A stretch of DNA of 62,919 nucleotides, counting the filler, from Thraustochytrium aureum (Eukaryota), in the NCBI GenBank assembly GCA_012862495.1. It is 7 parts of 5 records of this genome, joined end to end, with 100 filler letters (N's around TTAATTAATTAA, not from the genome) between each part and the next. Parts side by side here need not be neighbours in the genome. Positions count along the whole stretch, not along the records: positions 54,606 to 60,555 come from BLSG01000118.1; positions 60,656 to 61,736 come from BLSG01000121.1; positions 61,837 to 62,919 come from BLSG01000121.1; 4 more parts are not named here. The stretch is one strand, 5' to 3'. A program made the position numbers and the translations under genes. Below are positions 55,268 to 62,919 of this stretch, piece by piece; position 1 is the stretch's first letter, and each line of letters begins with the position of its first letter. The notes under the pieces were generated by a model. That model was not told the origin of the DNA. It searched no databases and saw only the letters and a list, made by a program, of their open reading frames with translations.

Positions 55268-57227
55268 ATGGAAGTCTATTCAGATCCAGACTCGGAGGAC
55301 GACCAAAGAGGGCCGACAGCGAGTCGCCAGCGCTGCATCACTCGAGCGCCCAGGATGTTGAGCGGCGCAAAGAGCCGCGCCGGCTGCGGCCGATGTCTGC
55401 GAGTGGCGCGCGCGCACCGACAGCCGCAGCAGCGCTCGAGTTCTTCGAGGCCAACTACGGCGCAGGCCCCGCTCGGACGACCGTGGTCGGCGAAGAAAAG
55501 CGCTCCCTGGTCCGGCCGCAGTCTGCACACACTCGGTCTTCGCCGGCCTTGAAAGAGCGCGCGGTCGGGACGAGCGAGCAGAACGCGATCAAGCAGCGGC
55601 CACGCTCCGCGGCCCCCCGGCGCCGAGACCAGCCAAGCGAGCCGCGCAGCAGGACAGCAGCCAAGCTGCGCGCAGCATGCACAGCCGCAGCGTCTAAAAA
55701 AGCAAAAGGAGTTGGATATCCTGCAGCGGCGCGAGCGCGAGCAGGGCTGGGACGACTCGTACGTGCGCCTCAAAAGTCTCGGGGAAGACGCGGTCGAGCC
55801 AAGCCTTGGGGCGCAGACCCTTCGCAAGCGAGCACAAGCCCGAAGAGCAGCCACGGAGGGTCGCAGCCGCCGGCTGGGTCTTGACACGCAGCCNNNNNNN
55901 NNNNNNNNNNNNNNNNNNNNNNNNNNNNNNNNNNNNNNNNNNNNNNNNNNNNNNNNNNNNNNNNNNNNNNNNNNNNNNNNNNNNNNNNNNNNNNNNNNNN
56001 NNNNNNNNNNNNNNNNNNNNNNNNNNNNNNNNNNNNNNNNNNNNNNNNNNNNNNNNNNNNNNNNNNNNNNNNNNNNNNNNNNNNNNNNNNNNNNNNNNNN
56101 NNNNNNNNNNNNNNNNNNNNNNNNNNNNNNNNNNNNNNNNNNNNNNNNNNNNNNNNNNNNNNNNNNNNNNNNNNNNNNNNNNNNNNNNNNNNNNNNNNNN
56201 NNNNNNNNNNNNNNNNNNNNNNNNNNNNNNNNNNNNNNNNNNNNNNNNNNNNNNNNNNNNNNNNNNNNNNNNNNNNNNNNNNNNNNNNNNNNNNNNNNNN
56301 NNNNNNNNNNNNNNNNNNNNNNNNNNNNNNNNNNNNNNNNNNNNNNNNNNNNNNNNNNNNNNNNNNNNNNNNNNNNNNNNNNNNNNNNNNNNNNNNNNNN
56401 NNNNNNNNNNNNNNNNNNNNNNNNNNNNNNNNNNNNNNNNNNNNNNNNNNNNNNNNNNNTGATGCACTTGCGCAGGCTCTCGGTGGAGCGAGTGACCTCC
56501 GGCACGGGCAGGCCAGGCCAGGGCTTCCCGCCAAAAGGGGCGCGAGAGCCGCGGCAGCGGGGCAGAGGCGGAGCGCATCGCCGACGATGCTGCAGGGAAG
56601 GCCCTTTCCGACGCTCTTGACGCTTTGCGGGAAGCGACGGTTCGAGTCGTGGACGGGGTCGTGGAGTGGCGCTCGCACCTGTGGCGCCCGCACCCGTTCG
56701 TTTGGCAAGGGATGAACTACGTCGTCAAGATGCAGAGCGATGCGCGCTTTTTCGCTCGCACGATCGACACGCAGTGCAAGGACTTGGTGCTCTTGTCAGA
56801 CAGCGCTCTCGCACCGATCCAGTCCGGCCGCCGAGACCAGGTCTCGCGCATCATCGCCATTGTGGAAGCCGAAAACCGAGTGCAAAACGAGCTCCGCGCC
56901 GAGCACAAGAGACTTATCGCCGCGGGCTACTACATTCCGATGTTGCGGTGGAGCCCAGACGAGGCGTCCGAGGAGCCAAACGATTCGACAGGCCAACCGA
57001 CAGCCATGAGCGACGCGCGGCGCTGCAGAGAGCATGCTGGCGACCGCGCGCTTGACGGGGGCGATCCCGCATATTCTGATGCAAGCGACGTTGAAGAGAT
57101 CGTGGAGGAAGAGGACCCTGCAAGCTTGAACGACGTGGAGGACGAGGCCACGCGCGCGTCGCTTCGAGCATCCCGGCAGCACATGGACCTCTTGCAGCGC
57201 CTCCGCGCGCAGATCCAGGGAAACTGA
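55268..57227 (+). CDS. Hypothetical protein with RPxSA motifs and a conserved-looking C-terminal helical domain (frameshifts, gap)
   Basis: Protein-like segments hand off between frames at ~55305 and ~55705. Motifs RPMSA, RPQSA and RPRSA; after the gap LREATVRVVDGVVEWRSHLWRPHPFVWQGMNYVVKMQSD; stop at 57227. Start uncertain. Confidence 0.55.
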
Positions 57228-57356
57228 GTGCCGCGGCACGCCATCCTCTTCGCGGAGCGAGGGTCGCCCGCGCGTGGCGGAGAAAAAAAATCCACTTGGT
57301 AATTCCTTGGGCGTGAAGAAATCGTAAAAGCCTGCCGCCGCAAAGCTCTCGGCCGC

Positions 57357-58505
57357 TCAGGGCCCGGCGCCGTTCGGCGGGCTTTGGCTTGGCGGCGCCT
57401 CCGCTCGCGCTGGGTTGGCGCCAGACTCGAGCGCGCTCGCGAAGGCGTCAAGTCGAGCAAGGTCCTCGGCGTCCTCCCCCGAGGCCTCGGCTGCCGCCTC
57501 GACCTGGCTCGGGGCGGCCTGCAGTGTGCGAAAGTCGGTCGAGCCATCCCAGAACGCAGCGTGCAGCTTGCGCTTGTCAAACCAGCGCCCGTCCATCAGC
57601 TCAATGCAGCGCTCTGCTGAGCGCGTGGACCGGAATTTGACGGTGGCAACGCCTTCGCTGTGCTCGGGGAAAACTGTCACTTTTTTGACGTCCCCGATGG
57701 CTTGGCACTCCTCCTTGACGTCTTCTTCTAGGTCGCGCGCAAAGTCGGGGTCCCCGGCAACGGCTGGGTCGTGTGGGTCGAAGAGGTTTCGCAGCACAAC
57801 GATTTTCAGGCCCAGGTCGTTGCCAAGGCCTTCCTCGTTCCAGGACAGCGCCTGCTCCTGCTGAAGCTGCCGTACCTTGAGGGCGCGCTTGAGCGTCTCG
57901 GTTTTGGCGGCTCCCGGCGGGATCGTGTCTAGCGCGAACGACGGCTGCGCCGACGCCTCGGCGACGCGCAGAGCCGTCTCTGGCTTGCCGGGGCGCAAGG
58001 GGGCCTCGTCAAGCAGCACAATCGCGTTTTCCATCGCCGGCCGCAGCGCGTACACAACGACACCATCGCCCTTCCGCGCGCCCGTGGCGTCCGTGTACAG
58101 CTTGACGCAGGGCGCGCCCGTCTCGGGTCTCGTTTGCAGCAAGCCGCACTTTGCAAAGTGCTTGGCGAGCTCGTCCTCGGAGGCGTCTGGTGGGACCCCA
58201 GTCACGTACACAGCGGTGACCTCGCGCCTCTTTCGCTTCTTCGTCGCCTTGCGCTCTTTGTCCGCGCCGTCTGACTTGCACTGCAGAACAGCGCTGCGGA
58301 GCTCCTCGACGCGGCTCAGCTCTGCCCAGGCCTCCATCCCGTCTCGCCACACGAGCGTCGAGGGCACGACATGGCCCAGCTCGGCCAGCGCCCGCAGCTC
58401 GGCAACGTCCACCGGCCCTTGTTGTTCGTGCTGCGCGTCCGCGTACAGGTACATTCTGGCATGGCCAGGTCGCGCCGCGACATCCGCAGCATTCTCACCG
58501 TCCAT
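57357..58505 (-). CDS. HTATSF1: Tat-SF1/Cus2-like U2 snRNP factor with N-terminal GYF_2 domain, RRM and UHM
   Basis: GYF_2: QQGPV....L..L...G......LVWRDGM..W..L. RRM1: AVYVTGVPPD..EDEL..HF.KCG, KLY.D..G..KGDG...Y. UHM: IVVLRNLFDP, DL.EDV.EEC..IG.V.KV.VF..H.EG...VKF, CI.LM.GRWFD.R.L.A..WDG.T.F. Confidence 0.9.
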   Translation of the reverse strand: MDGENAADVAARPGHARMYLYADAQHEQQGPVDVAELRALAELGHVVPSTLVWRDGMEAWAELSRVEELRSAVLQCKSDGADKERKATKKRKRREVTAVYVTGVPPDASEDELAKHFAKCGLLQTRPETGAPCVKLYTDATGARKGDGVVVYALRPAMENAIVLLDEAPLRPGKPETALRVAEASAQPSFALDTIPPGAAKTETLKRALKVRQLQQEQALSWNEEGLGNDLGLKIVVLRNLFDPHDPAVAGDPDFARDLEEDVKEECQAIGDVKKVTVFPEHSEGVATVKFRSTRSAERCIELMDGRWFDKRKLHAAFWDGSTDFRTLQAAPSQVEAAAEASGEDAEDLARLDAFASALESGANPARAEAPPSQSPPNGAGP

Positions 58506-59231
58506 CCCAGCCAAGACGACGGCGCCCAACGCGTGTCCCGCGCGGCCCAGCGATCAGCGCGCCGTGCGCTCACAGCCCGCCGGCAGCAAAGCAGCACAGG
58601 CGCCTCGCGCGGCAACGGCGGGATGCCCCGTGGCAGTCGCACGAGGGTTGCGGGATCTGCATGATCTGGGGCTTTTGCTTGCATTCCATGCCCGGGGCGC
58701 GCGCTGCGCGGCCGTACGCGGCTCGCGAGGAGGAGGAGGACTGGGCGCCCTTGCCGAGGCGAGCGGGCCGCCGCAGCGCTGCCCGGTTTGCTCTTGGCCA
58801 AGTGGAAAACGAGTTGGGTTGCTGGTGGAGTTGGAGTATTTCGAGACATTTTAANNNNNNNNNNNNNNNNNNNNNNNNNNNNNNNNNNNNNNNNNNNNNN
58901 NNNNNNNNNNNNNNNNNNNNNNNNNNNNNNNNNNNNNNNNNNNNNNNNNNNNNNNNNNNNNNNNNNNNNNNNNNNNNNNNNNNNNNNNNNNNNNNNNNNN
59001 NNNNNNNNNNNNNNNNNNNNNNNNNNNNNNNNNNNNNNNNNNNNNNNNNNNNNNNNNNNNNNNNNNNNNNNNNNNNNNNNNNNNNNNNNNNNNNNNNNNN
59101 NNNNNNNNNNNNNNNNNNNNNNNNNNNNNNNNNNNNNNNNNNNNNNNNNNNNNNNNNNNNNNNNNNNNNNNNNNNNNNNNNNNNNNNNNNNNNNNNNNNN
59201 NNNNNNNNNNNNNNNNNNNNNNNNNNNNNCG

Positions 59232-60554
59232 TCACTGGGCGTGTTTATGCGTGCTGGGGTCGGTGTCCAGAGGCGGTATGGCACCAACCACTCGAAGGTC
59301 GCGGACGAGGTCGCCGAGCACATCAGCTGCCGCGCGCTGGCCGAGCTTCGCGTCAGGGAGCAGGCCGCTTCGCTCGAGCTTGGCGGTGCAAAAGACCGCG
59401 TCCCAGGTCGATGACAGTGCTTTGTCGAGGAACTCGGCGTTCAAGGCAAGCTCCACGTCGGTGGGCACGAGGCCGTTCCGCAGGCATAGGCGGCCCCAAG
59501 TGTGCTTGGCTTGGTCAAGGCCGCCAAGCACAGACATGCTTAGGAGCCCGAGCGACGTTTGCGGCGCGGGCCCGGGCGCCATTCCAAAATGCGCGGCAAG
59601 TTCAGCCCAGGCCTCGCTCCAGGTGAAGGGTGCGCTCGATACCGCGTTGAAGGACTCGCCCGCGAGACTTTGATCGCTCGTCACGGCAGCGCACAAGCGC
59701 GCGATGTCCTTGGACGTTGAAAGCTGCTGCTGCGCGGTCCAGTTTTGCATGCTCCCGGGGAAGATGAGTGGCCTCCCCTGCTCCTTGAGGATGCTTGCAT
59801 AAACGCACAGGCAGAGTCCCAAGTTTTGAGAAGCGCGCGAGAGTGCCGGGCTGTGGCCGAGGATGAAGCTTGGCCGGACGACGTTCCAGGCGAACGCGTC
59901 TTGCGCGGCTCGCTTCCGGATCAAGGCCTCCATGTCAAAGTAGGAGAGGTGGCCGGGGCACCTGTGCTCGTCCTCGCGAAAGGGCACGCTGTAGCCGCTC
60001 CAGACGTGCGGGCCTAGGTGCATTCCGTAGTGTTTGGCGCCTGTGCCAAGAACGACGTGCTCGAGGGTGCAGCCAAGCGACCGAACTGCGTTTAGGACGT
60101 TTTCGAGCCACCTGGTGGATGTCTCGTTGGAGGGGCTCCCGGCAAGCATCGTTATTGCATCGTACACGAGCTCGCTGACAACGCGCGGGGCGAGGTCCAG
60201 CACTGTACGAGTTACGCTAGAGAGTTGCCTTGCCACGAGCATACCGCGTCGAACGACGAGGCCGTTCGGGAGCCTGGGCGGCGTGTTTGAATCCAAGAAC
60301 CAGAAAAGGTGGGTGATGCCAATCATGCCTGCGTTTTGCAATGCTTCGTGGATTTTGGACGCATCGTTCAAGTCGGCGCGCACTGGCACAACCTCGCGCG
60401 AGGTTTTGGAGATGAACGACTTGTCGTCCACCGTCCTCGAGAGGACCCCAACCTTGTCCCACCGCTTTGCCTTGTTCTCGATGCTGAGCAGGTGCGGGGC
60501 CAGCTCGCAGGCTGCCAGCCCTGTGCCGCCCACAATAAGCGCAACGCGCGGCAT
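59232..60554 (-). CDS. PRISE-family (progesterone 5-beta-reductase/iridoid synthase-like) NAD(P)-dependent SDR
   Basis: VALIVGGTGL.., LSR, THLFW, LEHVVLGTGAKHYG, PFRED, SYFDME, WNVVRPSFILG, YASI.KE.G.PL.FPG, GE.FN. The ATG sits at the scaffold end, so the N-terminus may be longer. Confidence 0.85.
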   Translation of the reverse strand: MPRVALIVGGTGLAACELAPHLLSIENKAKRWDKVGVLSRTVDDKSFISKTSREVVPVRADLNDASKIHEALQNAGMIGITHLFWFLDSNTPPRLPNGLVVRRGMLVARQLSSVTRTVLDLAPRVVSELVYDAITMLAGSPSNETSTRWLENVLNAVRSLGCTLEHVVLGTGAKHYGMHLGPHVWSGYSVPFREDEHRCPGHLSYFDMEALIRKRAAQDAFAWNVVRPSFILGHSPALSRASQNLGLCLCVYASILKEQGRPLIFPGSMQNWTAQQQLSTSKDIARLCAAVTSDQSLAGESFNAVSSAPFTWSEAWAELAAHFGMAPGPAPQTSLGLLSMSVLGGLDQAKHTWGRLCLRNGLVPTDVELALNAEFLDKALSSTWDAVFCTAKLERSGLLPDAKLGQRAAADVLGDLVRDLRVVGAIPPLDTDPSTHKHAQ

Positions 60555-60555
60555 G

Positions 60556-60655
60556 NNNNNNNNNNNNNNNNNNNNNNNNNNNNNNNNNNNNNNNNNNNNT
60601 TAATTAATTAANNNNNNNNNNNNNNNNNNNNNNNNNNNNNNNNNNNNNNNNNNNN
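60556..60655. other. Artificial scaffold-joining spacer
   Basis: N44-TTAATTAATTAA(60600-60611)-N44. Confidence 0.97.
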
Positions 60656-61024
60656 TGCGGCGCAAGCTGAGCGCTCCAGAATCATCTCCCCGTCGTGTGA
60701 GGGGCGAGCAGTGAAAGCGCTGCATCGCCGCGCTGTCTCACGACTGAGCGCAAGGCGAGTGCCGCGGACACCGGGCACTCGTGTGCACGTGCAAACCGCG
60801 ACTCGTCTCTACTCAACTCGGAATTGCACGCCGTAACGGCTCTTGCACATACAGTATGTATGTAGCAGGGTCGAGACCTCGGGGGCTCTGCCTGCGTTCA
60901 TGCGAGGGCGCGGAGCGAACAGCAACGGAAGCCGTGGAGCAAGCGTTGCCGCCAGGGTACCAGAGCGTCGTCGGTTGAAAGGCTACGTACAGATGGAGAA
61001 GGTACTGGTTGATTAGCCCCGAGC

Positions 61025-61661
61025 TTAGTGGAGGCTTGGCGGGGCGGGCTTGAAGCCCAGCTCCTCGTGGATCGCGTCGCCCCACTCGTCGTTTAGCGAG
61101 CGCTTGGCTGCGGCAGGGGACGCAGAGTCGTCGCGGGCGGCTGGTTCGTGGGCGAACGGGGCGAGGTTTTGCTTGGCCCACTCCTCGCGCTCCTTCTCGA
61201 CCATCTCCTGGTATGGAGTCAGGCGGGGCGTAGAGTGCTTGTGCAGCAGAAAATGCAGCGTGTGGGCGTTGTTGCGCGCGTTGACGCTCGACCCTATCAG
61301 CATTCCGAAAGCGCCGGTGAAAAGCGGGGTCGCAAACCGGTGCTTGGCTTGAAGCTTGAATCTCTTTCGAATGTCTTCGCTGCGCGCGGCGATGTTGTAC
61401 CCGAGGACGCCTGCGAGGAATCCGGCGGCTCCGCCTTCGAATCCGCCCTTCCAAATATCGCGCCGCATTTCATTGAGCGCGCTTCTGTCCCCTTCGCTGA
61501 GGCGTTCGTTGATCTCTTGCTCGGCCTGTTGACAAACACTCGACCTCGTCAGCGCTCAAAGGCTGCTCGTCGCAGACCAAGCCAGCAACTGAGCCGACCT
61601 CCCCGCACACCAGTCCTCGCCTTGGTCTCGCCGCTGCACGTACCTTCATCGTCCTGCTCAT
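61025..61661 (-). CDS. Small two-TM membrane protein, unknown function (81-nt intron; probable frameshift near 61530)
   Basis: The core ORF 61025..61468 has two Gly-rich hydrophobic helices (GGAAGFLAGVLGY, PLFTGAFGMLIGSSV). The upstream exon MSRTMK is spliced to PLSADEVE, and a frame change leads to EQEINERLSEGDRSALNEM. Confidence 0.6.
61563..61643 (-). other. Probable spliceosomal intron (81 nt, GTACGT...GCAG)
   Basis: AAG|GTACGT donor and CAG| acceptor, phase 0. Confidence 0.6.
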
Positions 61662-61736
61662 CTTGACCCAATCCACGAGCCCTCGCACGCGCCCTTCGCA
61701 GCGCCCTGCCTTTCCGGGCCAGTCTCTCGACCTCGC

Positions 61737-61836
61737 NNNNNNNNNNNNNNNNNNNNNNNNNNNNNNNNNNNNNNNNNNNNTTAATTAATTAANNNNNNNN
61801 NNNNNNNNNNNNNNNNNNNNNNNNNNNNNNNNNNNN
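61737..61836. other. Artificial scaffold-joining spacer
   Basis: N44-TTAATTAATTAA(61781-61792)-N44. Confidence 0.97.
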
Positions 61837-62919
61837 CACTACTTGACCCCTGCAGGGATCCAGGAGTGCTTTCAACACCTGGAAAAGATATCCGACGGGC
61901 GCAAGTTGCCGGAACGCTGGGCTTTAAGGTTTCGATGGAGGTCATCTTCGTCGGTTAGGTCAACGGAGCAGAGCGCACTGACAAGGACGACCTCTGCACC
62001 TACTCCTTACCAACCACCAACCACCAGTCATGCGCCCCATGACCTCATGATAGCCTCCAGCAGTTCCCTAACGTAAGCCAACTGCACGCACAGTTGCCAA
62101 TCACTTCGACTAGCTTTCGCCCATTTCTCTCTCTACTACTAGTAGAGCAAGAGAGGCCCCCAGCTGTCTTGCTTTATCGCGGGTTTCGTGCTGGCACAGC
62201 AAGTAAGTCTTTGATTGCTTCTTTCCTTCCCCTCTAGCGCTATCTCTCAGCGGTTGGAGCAGCTGCGTACTCCTCCTCCAGCTGCTCGGCGGGTTCGATC
62301 CTTATTCTCCCGCTCTGCCCGGTCCTATACTTTGTTTAGGGCTTGCCTGGTTTCGCTTTGCTATTTATGGTCACGACAAAGTCTTCGTTTGCTTTGAGAC
62401 AATGACAGGGTGTCTCTAACGATTTATGACATGGTGTGGAACGCAGTCAAGTCCTCAGACTCAGCAAGATACCTGGTAAGAAATGTCTAGCGGTAGGAGT
62501 ACAGGATTGGACACGCGTACGCATGGCGCACGCCAATGCAGACCAGACGACTGCGGCTTATCTGGCCACGGGTGTTTAGAACGTGCCTCGTCGCGCGCGT
62601 TCGGTTTCCAAGAAATGTCGCGTGCTCATTCGAACATGCGGCACACAACCAGCTGCAACCAGGGTGGGTATCTCAAATCAAATCGCCACCTCGACGCTGG
62701 ATCCAGTGGCTTCGCGCATGTACGCGTCGGAGCGCTAAAGAGGCGAGGAAAGAAGCAATCAAAGATATTAACCGTGCGCAATGATCGCTGAGCTGAGGCT
62801 CGCCAAGGTAAGGCGAGCGCTTCGTATGCGAAACATACGAAAAATCAACTGGCCTGCGCTCGCTTCTACACGTCGGTTGCCTTGTGAAACGCCTCGGTTA
62901 TTTGAGTAGTCCTTCGCCC

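Noticed and set aside
57357..58505. GYF_2 domain fused to Tat-SF1 as a novel architecture
   Set aside because: To my knowledge the same fusion occurs in plant and other protist Tat-SF1 homologues, so it is not novel.
960..61540. More than a dozen frameshifts in conserved genes (about 970, 5680, 14140, 14890, 15045, 18127, 28700, 32141, 40320, 44865, 48163, 50460, 55305, 55705, 61530) suggesting programmed frameshifting, RNA editing or mass pseudogenisation
   Set aside because: Most of those I could localise are fixed by adding or removing one base in a short homopolymer. They go in both directions, share no slippery motif, and hit housekeeping genes such as COG6 that have no in-frame stops. 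This is typical of low-coverage pyrosequencing-type error; resequencing would settle it.
61837..62919. Last scaffold with lower GC and no long ORF (possible mobile element or ncRNA)
   Set aside because: No terminal repeats, transposase/RT motifs or recognisable RNA gene structure; treated as intergenic.

Overview
GC-rich, gene-dense, intron-poor eukaryotic DNA from a flagellated protist. It is most likely a stramenopile of labyrinthulomycete/thraustochytrid type, which is an inference from the gene content (DRC3, a front-end PUFA desaturase, ABCA, a Slo channel) and the tetranucleotide microsatellites. The window is not contiguous. Seven draft scaffolds are joined by artificial 100-nt spacers (N44-TTAATTAATTAA-N44), and the scaffolds also contain internal N gaps. 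Many single-base frameshifts, mostly at homopolymers, split otherwise intact genes. About 20 protein-coding genes can be supported; I found no RNA genes, CRISPR arrays or mobile elements. Four items stand out. (1) A class I-like PI3-kinase whose usual N-terminal regulatory modules appear replaced by WW-WW(-WW), a cyclic-nucleotide-binding domain and a PDE-type GAF domain, making it a candidate cyclic-nucleotide-gated lipid kinase (19166-23466). (2) A single-chain RNA heal-and-seal enzyme: 2H phosphoesterase, TPR-like spacer, two complete tandem RNA ligase domains, HAD phosphatase and P-loop kinase (8129-11773). (3) A giant type-I surface protein combining C-type lectins with a hydrophobic hairpin and a possible Tc-toxin-like C-terminal domain (631-7440). 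(4) An ABCA transporter with a rearranged ectodomain layout.
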